Shown here one piece after another: positions 8,375-16,685 of a stretch of 32,000 nt of DNA (positions are counted from its first letter, which is position 1; each line of letters opens with the position of its first letter). A program made the translations under genes and the position numbers. Under the pieces are notes generated by a model. That model saw nothing but the letters and a program-made list of their open reading frames with translations. It was not told the DNA's origin and made no database searches. Source of the DNA: Microcystis aeruginosa NIES-2549 (GTDB lineage Bacteria > Cyanobacteriota > Cyanobacteriia > Cyanobacteriales > Microcystaceae). The DNA is taken from contig NZ_CP011304.1 of assembly GCF_000981785.2 (NCBI RefSeq), positions 3,150,001 to 3,182,000 on the forward strand, in the 5' to 3' direction.

Positions 8375-10024
8375 TCACCAGCTGACTTTGCCTTGCAGCT
8401 TGTTGATTTTTCCCTGACCGATTCCCGATACTCGATCCAAATCTTCTAGGGAAGTAAAGGGTTTTTGTTGCCGGGCTGCGATAATTTTTTCAGCTAATTT
8501 GCCACTGATACCGGGTAAACTATCTAATTCTTCTTTGGTGGCGGTGTTTAAATTAATTAAGCGCTCGCTTTTAATTGTTACAGATTGGGGGCAGTTTTTT
8601 CTATCCTGTTCGATCCGATTTTTAATAGTTTCCGGCAGTCCTAATTTAGCGGTACGGTAAAGATATTGAAATTCTCGATCGAAATGAGCGGCAACGGTGG
8701 GATTATCGATAATAACTAAAGCTTCATCGTTTTTATGGTTAGCGGCTCTTGACCAATTATGAGAACCAGTAATCACAATTTTATCATCGATTAAACCGAA
8801 TTTATGGTGTAATTTATCTCCCGGGGCTAGAGCGGGAACTCCTAGGGTATTAATTGGGTTTTGCCAAGGCTGATTATCTGGTTCATAACGACATTTATTA
8901 CTGAGAGCAACTCCTAATAAATCTAATCCTTCGCTATAGTATCGGAAGGCAAAACTAGGATCAATTAAAGCCTTAATTTCTATCCCTTTTTGATGTCGTT
9001 GGGCGAGAATATTAGCTAAAGGCTGTTCCGTAAAGACAAACAGGGCTAAATCCACGGATTTTTTAGCTTTATTTAAAGTTTCACCGATCAAACCATTGCT
9101 AGTAATTGCCCAGGGATAAGTGGTAGAATCGGGGGAAAATTTTACCGTCAGAATACTATTACCGATAAGGATTGTTTGCGGTTTTCTCTGGGGTTTATCT
9201 AAGCCAAATTTATGCTGATCTTCCCTTCCCCACATCAGATTAAATTCTCTTTGAAAAACTCTAGCTAGTGGGGGATTATTAATGACTAATAAGTGATTGG
9301 CATTCCCGACAGTTTGGGGATTAGAAAAGTCTCCATGAATATCACTTAAGGTATAGTTAGCTGAACTGATTAAAGTAGTGTAATTATCAATAACCATGAA
9401 TTTATGGTGCATTAAACCGCTACCTTTTGAGCGATCAGTGCTATCATCAATTAGGGGAATACCAGCTTTTTTGAGGATAGTAATTGCATCTCTTTGGGCG
9501 ATTTCCTCTGGAGTTAATTTACCATCGCGATTTATGTCAACTAAGTCAAAAAGATTTTGATAACGTTCCTGTTCTCGATCACTTAATTGTTCTTGGTTTT
9601 TGGCTAAACTATTAATAGGTTTATTGTAAATATTTTCGAGGATAACCCTAACTTTAATTCCCTGTTGCTGACGAGTAGCTAAAGCTTGAGCGATGGCGGG
9701 TAAACGTAACTCTTGCACTGCTAGATCGATCGAAATTTTTGCCGAGTTGATATGATCAATAATAACCTGTTCTAAATTATCCCCTGGGCGATTAATTTGG
9801 CGATAGGGATCGGTATAATTTGAATTTCGGGCTTGATTATGATTAAAATAGACTTGAATATATTGATCTTGGGGCAAGGGTTGCGGACGATTTTGGATAA
9901 CATTCAGAGAATGACAACCACCCAAGAGAAAAACTGTTCCTAATAAAAATCCTAACTGTACCATGGGCAGAATTTTTTTTAATCTCCATTTATCTATTGC
10001 CATTTTTGCCCGCATAATTATCAT
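8375..10024 (-). CDS. Phospholipase D-family (two HKD motifs) nuclease-like lipoprotein with an EF-hand loop and a C-terminal ComEA-type helix-hairpin-helix DNA-binding domain
   Basis: HKD motifs are HHKFMVIDN and HHKFGLIDDKIVITGSHNWS. There is a canonical EF-hand loop, DINRDGKLTPEE. The C-terminus INLNTATKEELDSLPGISGKLAEKIIAARQQKPFTSLEDLDRVSGIGQGKINKL is ComEA-like. The N-terminus ...LGFLLGTVFLLGGCHS looks like a lipoprotein signal. The exact start is uncertain, since several in-frame Met codons exist. Confidence 0.75.
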   Translation of the reverse strand: MIIMRAKMAIDKWRLKKILPMVQLGFLLGTVFLLGGCHSLNVIQNRPQPLPQDQYIQVYFNHNQARNSNYTDPYRQINRPGDNLEQVIIDHINSAKISIDLAVQELRLPAIAQALATRQQQGIKVRVILENIYNKPINSLAKNQEQLSDREQERYQNLFDLVDINRDGKLTPEEIAQRDAITILKKAGIPLIDDSTDRSKGSGLMHHKFMVIDNYTTLISSANYTLSDIHGDFSNPQTVGNANHLLVINNPPLARVFQREFNLMWGREDQHKFGLDKPQRKPQTILIGNSILTVKFSPDSTTYPWAITSNGLIGETLNKAKKSVDLALFVFTEQPLANILAQRHQKGIEIKALIDPSFAFRYYSEGLDLLGVALSNKCRYEPDNQPWQNPINTLGVPALAPGDKLHHKFGLIDDKIVITGSHNWSRAANHKNDEALVIIDNPTVAAHFDREFQYLYRTAKLGLPETIKNRIEQDRKNCPQSVTIKSERLINLNTATKEELDSLPGISGKLAEKIIAARQQKPFTSLEDLDRVSGIGQGKINKLQGKVSW

Positions 10025-10170
10025 TACCCTAGGATTCAGGAGACAGGAGGTAATTTTTACCTAAGCAGGTTCTCGGAAATCGGTATGTACTAAATTGATT
10101 ATAATCAATCCTGATTCTAGATTCAAGACTAGGGCCTTTTCCTTGATTGCTTAAATTACTGAGCAAAGAT

Positions 10171-10201
10171 GTGACATCTAGTTAGGGAATTTTGTTATAA
10201 T
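10171..10201 (+). promoter_or_regulatory. Putative sigma70-type promoter for the dynamin-like gene
   Basis: An extended -10, TGTTATAAT, lies at 10193-10201, and a GTGACA -35-like hexamer lies at 10171-10176. The 19-nt spacing is longer than ideal. The site is about 43 nt upstream of the ATG at 10244. Confidence 0.3.
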
Positions 10202-10243
10202 CTGGGGAACAATAGCACTGTTCTTCTAGATCTGGGTTTTACC

Positions 10244-12670
10244 ATGACTGAACTTTTACCCCAATGCAGTAATCTGGCTGGTAATGTTAACAGTATAATT
10301 GAACTATGCAAAGGCGAATCTTCTCTCCGCAATCAACAGGATACCAGCAAGATAGAAATTGCCCTACAAAAAGCCATTTCTCCCAAATTTGAAATCGTTT
10401 TTGCTGGTGCTTTTAGTGCCGGGAAATCAATGTTAATCAATGCACTTTTAGAGCGAGAATTGCTCTATAGTGCCGAAGGACACGCAACGGGTACAGAATG
10501 TTATATTGAGTACGCAGAAGCTGATGAGGAAAGAGTGGTTTTAACCTTTCTCAGCGAAGTAGAAATTCGTACTTTAGTCGATACCGTCTGTCAAAATCTA
10601 CAATTAACTAATCCCAGTAACATTAATTCCCCCGAATACTGTAGTCAGTTAAACCAATACTGTCAAAAAATTATCGAACAGGAAGGGGGAGAAGGCAAAT
10701 CCGAGCGAGCTAAACAAGCTCAGGGTTTAAAATTATTAATTGAAGGATTTACTCAAAATCGTGAGCGGATCCATACGCTGCATAATGCCACCTATTCCAT
10801 GGAACAATTTCACTTTTCTAATTTAGCAGAAGCGGCCAGTTTTGCCCGTCGTGGTAGCAATAGTGCCGTCTTAAAACGTCTAGAATATTACTGTCATCAT
10901 CCTCTCCTTAAAGATGGTAACGTTTTGGTAGATTTGCCCGGTATTGATGCCCCAGTCAAAAAAGATGCCGCATTAGCCTATCGTAAAATAGAGCATCCTG
11001 ATACTTCAGCAGTGGTTTGTGTTTTAAAGGCTGCTTCTGCGGGAGAATTAGCCACAGAAGAAACGGAATTACTCGAAAAAATTCGCTCTAATGCTGGTAT
11101 TCGTGATCGAGTTTTTTATGTTTTTAACCGCATTGATGAAACCTGGTACTCAGCCCAACTAAAACAGCGTTTAGAAAATCTAATTCAAACGCAATTTCGT
11201 GATACTTCCCGCATTTATAAAACCAGCGGACTTTTAGGGTTTTATGGGTATCAGGTGAAAAATCAAACCAATATTAATCAGCGTTATGGTTTAGATTCTA
11301 TCTTTGCCGAAAGTGTTAAAAATTTAGGAGGAGAAGAAGAAACACCGCAATTTGTCAGCGAGTTTAATAACTATTGTGCCAACTCTGGGAAATTACTGGC
11401 AACTCCCTTTAAAGTTTCCATCCACGGTTATGAAACTCCTAATAAAAATTACTTCCGAGTTTTAAGTGAGTGGGGAACTCCTTTACTAGAGCAGTTAATT
11501 GCTGATAGCGGTATCGAAGAATTTCGCAGGGCAATTACTCGTTATCTCACCGAAGAAAAACGTCCGCAATTGTTTGCAACTTTAGCTGATGATTTACAAT
11601 CTCTCTGTATCACTCTCAAAAATCATTACCAAGGGATTTATCGTGATTTAGAAAGTCAACCACGAGAAATTGAGGCGATGAAAGCTCTGGAGTTAAATCA
11701 CCTCAATCAAGAGTTAAAGGAAGTGGGAGAGAAATTAACTAAACATATCGAGGGTTATGTCAATGCTATCGTGGTTAATAGCGATGAAAACTTTGAAGAA
11801 GACTTTAAGAAACTGAAAGCGAGAATGGTATCAAGATTGGATGAGTTATTAAATACTTTTTCTGTTAGAAATGCTTACTCGCAAGCGACTTTAACCCATC
11901 CTCGCAATGCTACAGCACCTTTATTAGCAGTATTAGTAGAAGCTTTTTATTATCTGTCTAACCAGCTAGAAGATGTGTTAATTGAGGAGTCAACCAGTTT
12001 AGTTAATCGCTTCTGTCAGCGTCTTTTAGATGCGGTAAGGCAAGGTGATTATTATCGGCAAATCTATCGTTTATTGGGTAACGATGGTGGCATAGAAAAT
12101 CAGCTAAAACAGTTAGAATTGCAGTTAATTCATGCCTTAGTTTCTCAAGGGAGAACAGAGTGCGATCGTTATGTAAGAGAAAATCACAATTTTTACAACG
12201 AAGGCACTTTTTCTATCTTTCAATTTCGGCAAACTGTCCAACAAACTGCCCAAGGTTATGACTGTGAAAGTATTCTTGATGCCGAACCTGCTATCCGTCA
12301 ATTACTTAAGTTAGATTTTGAGCCAAAAGTATCAGCGACAATTCAGATAAACTTCCGTCACACGGTTAATAATACTCTGAAAAATCAATTGATACCAATG
12401 GCAAAAAAACAAGCCGATACTATTCTACAACAGTTCAATCAAGCTCGTTCCTATCTAGAACAAACCTTAGAACAGGAAGCGGCGGAAAAAATTGCTAATA
12501 ATGCCCACAAACAGCAAGAAATTCACCAAAAAATTGAGGATTATAATCAAGCGATCAACTCTCTCAATACTTGTTTAACTGCTATGGGTTTACAGAAAAA
12601 TCATTTACCTGTAATTGGTGAACAAGAATTAGAGATTGTCCCAGAAGTTGTTAATCACTCCAGCAATTAA
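10244..12670 (+). CDS. Dynamin-family large GTPase (bacterial dynamin-like protein)
   Basis: The G1 P-loop is GAFSAGKS, G3 is DLPGID and G4 is NRID. A long helical or coiled-coil C-terminal region follows, and the protein is 808 aa. Confidence 0.8.
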   Translation: MTELLPQCSNLAGNVNSIIELCKGESSLRNQQDTSKIEIALQKAISPKFEIVFAGAFSAGKSMLINALLERELLYSAEGHATGTECYIEYAEADEERVVLTFLSEVEIRTLVDTVCQNLQLTNPSNINSPEYCSQLNQYCQKIIEQEGGEGKSERAKQAQGLKLLIEGFTQNRERIHTLHNATYSMEQFHFSNLAEAASFARRGSNSAVLKRLEYYCHHPLLKDGNVLVDLPGIDAPVKKDAALAYRKIEHPDTSAVVCVLKAASAGELATEETELLEKIRSNAGIRDRVFYVFNRIDETWYSAQLKQRLENLIQTQFRDTSRIYKTSGLLGFYGYQVKNQTNINQRYGLDSIFAESVKNLGGEEETPQFVSEFNNYCANSGKLLATPFKVSIHGYETPNKNYFRVLSEWGTPLLEQLIADSGIEEFRRAITRYLTEEKRPQLFATLADDLQSLCITLKNHYQGIYRDLESQPREIEAMKALELNHLNQELKEVGEKLTKHIEGYVNAIVVNSDENFEEDFKKLKARMVSRLDELLNTFSVRNAYSQATLTHPRNATAPLLAVLVEAFYYLSNQLEDVLIEESTSLVNRFCQRLLDAVRQGDYYRQIYRLLGNDGGIENQLKQLELQLIHALVSQGRTECDRYVRENHNFYNEGTFSIFQFRQTVQQTAQGYDCESILDAEPAIRQLLKLDFEPKVSATIQINFRHTVNNTLKNQLIPMAKKQADTILQQFNQARSYLEQTLEQEAAEKIANNAHKQQEIHQKIEDYNQAINSLNTCLTAMGLQKNHLPVIGEQELEIVPEVVNHSSN

Positions 12671-12845
12671 TATGGGGAGTGGGAAGGTGGGAAGTGAGGG
12701 GGAACAATCCAAAAAATTAATTAAAATTAAAACTGATCGGGGGATAAGCGATCGAAGTCTTGTTATTCTTAAACTGGTAGGTTTCGAGATGTTTTTAGGC
12801 TCGCAGCTGAACCTGATCAACCGATAACCGATAGAGGGGTGCAGA

Positions 12846-13706
12846 ATGGGAGAATGGTTAGATTTTACCGATGAGGTGGTCACTGTTAATAGCAAAGGTG
12901 AGGAAATTAAACGGGAAAAAGTCACTAATCGAGGTTATAAATATTTTTTAAGCAAAAAAACCTTTTTAGAGATGATTTCTATCCCTAGCGGTCAATACCT
13001 CATCGGTGCGCCCAAAAACGAGTTAGGCTGGAAATTGAGTCAAAGTCCCCAATCTCCGGTTAATATTCAGGCTTTTTGTCTGAGTCGCTACCCAATTACC
13101 CAACGACAATGGCGCGAGGTGGCAAAATTAGAACCGGTAAATATTGAACTTAATCCCTATCCGGCCCATTTTGAAGGTTACGATCGCCCCGTAGAACAAA
13201 TTAACTGGTGGGAAGCGGTGGAATTTTGCGATCGCGTATCCCGTCTCACCGGACTGAATTATCGTTTACCCGCAGAAAAAGAATGGGAATACGCTTGTCG
13301 GGGAGGAACATCAACCCCTTTTCACTTTGGCCCGACAATTTCCACTGATTTAGCCAACTATTCCGGGGTGGACTGGGATTATGGCGGGAAAGTGTGCAGT
13401 TCTGGTCGTTATGGGGAAGGTTCCCTAGGTTGCGATCGCAGAGAAACCACACCGGTGGGAATGTTTGCCGTCGCTAACCCTTTCGGACTCTACGATCTGC
13501 ACGGAAATGTCAGGGAATGGTGTGCAGATTACTGGCGCGATAACTACGAAGCAGCCACAATAGAAGATAGGGACAGACGAGTTTTACGCGGGGGTTCCTG
13601 GAATGACGGCCCTAACAAATGTCGCTCGGCCTACCGGGTCAAATTTCTGGCTACTGCTGGACTCTATGATATCGGTTTTCGTGTGGTTAGCGATAATTCT
13701 CCTTAA
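12846..13706 (+). CDS. Formylglycine-generating enzyme / SUMF1-EgtB-PvdO family domain protein (stand-alone)
   Basis: The motifs RLPAEKEWEYACRGG, GLYDLHGNVREWCADYW, RVLRGGSW and RSAYR are typical of the FGE-sulfatase fold. There is no signal peptide. Confidence 0.85.
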   Translation: MGEWLDFTDEVVTVNSKGEEIKREKVTNRGYKYFLSKKTFLEMISIPSGQYLIGAPKNELGWKLSQSPQSPVNIQAFCLSRYPITQRQWREVAKLEPVNIELNPYPAHFEGYDRPVEQINWWEAVEFCDRVSRLTGLNYRLPAEKEWEYACRGGTSTPFHFGPTISTDLANYSGVDWDYGGKVCSSGRYGEGSLGCDRRETTPVGMFAVANPFGLYDLHGNVREWCADYWRDNYEAATIEDRDRRVLRGGSWNDGPNKCRSAYRVKFLATAGLYDIGFRVVSDNSP

Positions 13707-13743
13707 ATCTGAAAACCGATCACTGATTACCGGTGACAGGGAG

Positions 13744-14061
13744 GTGAAAAAATTGAAAATAGAACTACCCCAGCAAATAATCAGCGAATTTTGTCAGAAA
13801 TGGCAGATATCTGAAATGTGTTTATTCGGATCGGTTTTGCGGGAAGATTTTCGTCCAGATAGCGATATTGATATACTGGTCAGTTTTCAAGATAGTGTTT
13901 CTTGGGGACTTCTGGAGTTTTCGAGGATGAAACGGGAATTAGAGAATTTATTGGGACGGAAAGTTGATTTGCTAACGAAAAAATCGATCGAGCAGAGTCA
14001 TAATTGGATTCGTCAACGAGAGATTTTAGAGACAGCACAAGTGATTTATGTGGCGGGATAA
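13744..14061 (+). CDS. mntA: MntA-type nucleotidyltransferase antitoxin (type VII TA)
   Basis: LFGSVLREDFRPDSDIDILV is the minimal nucleotidyltransferase GS...DxD motif. I trimmed the ORF-track start at 13603, which overlaps the FGE gene, to the GTG at 13744. A TTG at 13753, with GGAGG upstream, is also possible. Confidence 0.8.
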   Translation: MKKLKIELPQQIISEFCQKWQISEMCLFGSVLREDFRPDSDIDILVSFQDSVSWGLLEFSRMKRELENLLGRKVDLLTKKSIEQSHNWIRQREILETAQVIYVAG

Positions 14062-14389
14062 GGCTTTTTTACTAGATATTGTCCGAGCCGGTCAATTAGC
14101 TCAACAATTTGCCGAGCAACTGGATCGGGAACTACTAGAATCGGATTTACGCACCCAATCCGCGATTCTCTATCAAATTACTATTATGGGAGAAGCTACC
14201 AAGCGCCTATCCCCTGGATTTCGTAAACAACATCCAGAAATTCCTTGGGACGACATCGCCGGTATGCGAGATATTATCGCCCATCAATATGATCGGATCG
14301 ATCTTGATATCGTCTGGCAGGTTATTCGACGGAATATTCCTGAACTATTGAACTTGTTAATACCTTTATTGCCCACACAAGATACTTGA
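14048..14389 (+). CDS. hepT: HepT-type HEPN (DUF86) toxin
   Basis: The Rx4H HEPN motif is in MRDIIAHQYDRID. The protein is 113 aa, and a 14-nt overlap with the upstream nucleotidyltransferase is typical of MNT/HEPN pairs. Confidence 0.8.
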   Translation: MWRDKAFLLDIVRAGQLAQQFAEQLDRELLESDLRTQSAILYQITIMGEATKRLSPGFRKQHPEIPWDDIAGMRDIIAHQYDRIDLDIVWQVIRRNIPELLNLLIPLLPTQDT

Positions 14390-14532
14390 TTAGTGATATC
14401 TTTGATGAGGTTCGGTAAAATGAAAGAGAAATACTCACTTTAAATCAGACTTATGGTCAAATTTTAAAAATGTACCGCTCCTCGATCGAGAGTTAGAATT
14501 GATTTTAGAGACAATAAAGGTGATTTAACCAA

Positions 14533-15108
14533 ATGATTGCTAACTTTGACTATAACTATCTTTCCCCGGAAGATTATTTAGCAACGGAGAGAATAGCCAA
14601 GGATAAACACGAATACATTCGCGGTCAAACCTACGCCATGGCTGGTGCAAGTAAAGCCCATGGTATGATTATTATCAACTTAGCCACACTTTTAAAAAAC
14701 CGGCTGCGGGGTAGTGGTTGTCTTGTCTATGCCACAGATATGAAAGTTCGTCTAGAAATAGCTAATAGTTATTTTTATCCCGATCTTGTGGTCACTTGCG
14801 ACTCGCGAGATAATCGGTCTTTCTCGGAAGATTTTATCCGTTATCCGCGCTTGATTGTAGAAGTATTATCCCCCACTACTGCTGCCTTTGACCGGGGCGA
14901 TAAATTTGCCGACTATCGTTCGATCGAAACTTTAGAAGAATACGTTCTTATCAGTCAAGAACGCATCAGTGTAGATTGTTTTCGTCGCAATGACGAAGGA
15001 TTCTGGGTTCTTTATCCCTACAGCAAAGGAGCAGATATTTATCTAGCTAGTATCGATTTTCACTGTGCGATCGAATCTTTATATGAAGATATAACAGAAA
15101 TCTGTTAA
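14533..15108 (+). CDS. Uma2 family (DUF820) putative restriction-endonuclease-fold protein
   Basis: The layout EYIRGQ...MAGAS..H...YPDLVV...P.LIVEVLSPTT...DRGDKFADY is the characteristic cyanobacterial Uma2 pattern. Confidence 0.8.
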   Translation: MIANFDYNYLSPEDYLATERIAKDKHEYIRGQTYAMAGASKAHGMIIINLATLLKNRLRGSGCLVYATDMKVRLEIANSYFYPDLVVTCDSRDNRSFSEDFIRYPRLIVEVLSPTTAAFDRGDKFADYRSIETLEEYVLISQERISVDCFRRNDEGFWVLYPYSKGADIYLASIDFHCAIESLYEDITEIC

Positions 15109-15157
15109 AAAATCAGATCAGTTTTTTTCTGTTTACTATTTACTTTTTACTTGATTA

Positions 15158-16054
15158 ATGCTTGCTATTCTCTCCGCTATTGTTCCAGTGGGTTTTATCA
15201 TCCTCATCGGTGTGATAGCAGGAAAAATTCTCACTGTGGAAGTGCATTCCCTTTCCCAAATCACGGTATATATTCTTGCCCCCGCTTTGGTGATTGATGG
15301 ACTCTATCACACCACTTTATCCGACAGCAATATCGGTTTAATTCTCCTAGGCTTTGCCCTTATTTCACTGGTAATGGTGATTGTCGTCGAAATTATCGCC
15401 TATTGTCTCAGTCTCGATGCCGATACCCGCAAAAGCATCATGGCTGCCGCCGTGATGCCCAATAACGGTAATATGGGTTTACCAGTGGCTAGTTTTGCCC
15501 TGGGTGCGGCCGGACTGGAAAGAGCGATAATCTATATGATTGGCTCTAGTATTCTTTTATTTGGTATTAGTCCCGCTTATTTGCAAGGAAAAAGCTTTCT
15601 TTCAGGATTTCGCTTAGTTTTTCAATTGCCCTTAATCTGGTCAATTTTTATCGGCATTGGCTTTCAAACTTTCCCTTTTCATCTTCCCCTGCAATTAGAT
15701 AAAAGCGTTAGCTATCTGGGACAAGCGGCAATTCCCTTGGCTTTAATTATCCTAGGTATCCAATTATCTCAGCAAAAATTAGCGATCGGTAAATTAGAGT
15801 TATTAGGGACCTGTTTGCGTCTTTTAGTCGCTCCTCTTTTGGCATTTGCGATCGGCAGTAGTTTAGGATTAACCGGTATGGATCTAAAAATTCTCATCCT
15901 ACAAAGTGCCATGCCCACCGCCGTTAATACTGTCATTTTAGTCACAGAATTCGGTGGTTCAGCCGCTTTAATGGCCCGCACAGTTGTGGTCACTACCCTT
16001 GCCAGTTTTCTGACTATTCCTTTTTTTCTTTGGTTATTAAAAGTCTATTTATAG
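15158..16054 (+). CDS. AEC (auxin efflux carrier) family transporter
   Basis: It is a 298-aa polytopic membrane protein. The N-terminus MLAILSAIVPVGFIILIGVIAGK and the C-terminal half ...LQSAMPTAVNTVILV... are typical of the AEC/Mem_trans family. Confidence 0.75.
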   Translation: MLAILSAIVPVGFIILIGVIAGKILTVEVHSLSQITVYILAPALVIDGLYHTTLSDSNIGLILLGFALISLVMVIVVEIIAYCLSLDADTRKSIMAAAVMPNNGNMGLPVASFALGAAGLERAIIYMIGSSILLFGISPAYLQGKSFLSGFRLVFQLPLIWSIFIGIGFQTFPFHLPLQLDKSVSYLGQAAIPLALIILGIQLSQQKLAIGKLELLGTCLRLLVAPLLAFAIGSSLGLTGMDLKILILQSAMPTAVNTVILVTEFGGSAALMARTVVVTTLASFLTIPFFLWLLKVYL

Positions 16055-16210
16055 CAGTTATCTTAATGGTGAGGTGCGAAGTTTTCGTTTTGGGGAGCCA
16101 GTATTCAGTTATCAGTATTCAGGGGGTGCATCTCATTTTGGTAAATCTACTAATTTGGGATTTTTAAGGGGAAACTTTCTCCTAAAATTGGGCATTACTT
16201 TCGGTTTTAT

Positions 16211-16262
16211 CACTCAATCCAAGCTTTTGGGGGGTTCTACCCCCCAAACCCCCCGTTGGGGG
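16211..16262. repeat. Dispersed repeat module (second copy of the 3571-3626 module) within a repeat-rich spacer (16060-16690)
   Basis: Direct comparison with 3571-3626 shows the match. It contains the hairpin ttggggggt-tct-accccccaa. Confidence 0.55.
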
Positions 16263-16436
16263 CGTGGCGCCGCCCCCAAACCCCCCGCGCATTAGTTTTT
16301 CGGTGGGATGCTTACACGCGATTGTTCATATTTTTGTACTAATTTAAGAGTCACTGATAATTGCTGATTGTTGGTATTTCTGCAAGTGTGGGATGCACCC
16401 TTATTCAGGAGATTATTTTATTTATTCTCCCCTCTC

Positions 16437-16537
16437 CCCAATTCCCCAATTCCCCAATTCCCCACTTCCCCAATTCCCCAATTCCCACACCCCACACCCC
16501 ACACCCTACACCCTACACCCCACTTCCCAATTCATAA
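16437..16537. repeat. Short tandem repeat array: CCCCAATT-type 8-mers followed by CCCACAC / CCTACAC 7-mers
   Basis: Direct reading gives ccccaatt ccccaatt ccccaatt ccccactt ccccaatt ccccaatt cccacac cccacac cccacac cctacac cctacac... Confidence 0.85.
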
Positions 16538-16625
16538 GTAGGTAGGCACAATTATTTGTAGGATGGGTTAGCGGTAGCGTAACATAATCGGGCGTTGGGT
16601 TTCATGCTTCAACCCAACCTACGTT
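16538..16625. mobile_element. Small (88-bp) insertion with hairpin and TIR-like ends (gtaggatgggtta ... aacccaacctac)
   Basis: It is flanked by a perfect 32-bp direct duplication (16506-16537 equals 16626-16657). It contains the stem gttgggtt (16594-16601) paired with aacccaac (16611-16618). Confidence 0.5.
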
Positions 16626-16650
16626 CTACACCCTACACCCCACTTCCCAA

Positions 16651-16685
16651 TTCATAATTCATAATTCATAATTCATAATTCATAA
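16651..16685. repeat. (TTCATAA)5 heptamer tandem repeat
   Basis: Read directly from the sequence. It overlaps the last codons and the stop codon (16673-16675) of the O-antigen-ligase-like gene. Confidence 0.9.

Noticed and set aside
12629-12925. ORFs 12629..12925 (minus) and 12636..12827 (plus) between the dynamin and FGE genes
   Set aside because: They are short, overlap real gene ends, and read through a GGGAAGTG-type repeat. No motifs are present.
13603-13743. Upstream extension of the nucleotidyltransferase ORF (track start 13603)
   Set aside because: It overlaps the 3' end of the FGE gene in another frame. MNT proteins are about 100 aa, and a GTG or TTG start with GGAGG lies at 13744-13753.
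16074-16295. Track ORF of 73 aa on the plus strand
   Set aside because: It lies entirely within dispersed repeat and hairpin sequence (G-run/C-run module shared with 3571-3626). The peptide is a low-complexity Gly/Pro/Arg read-through of those repeats.
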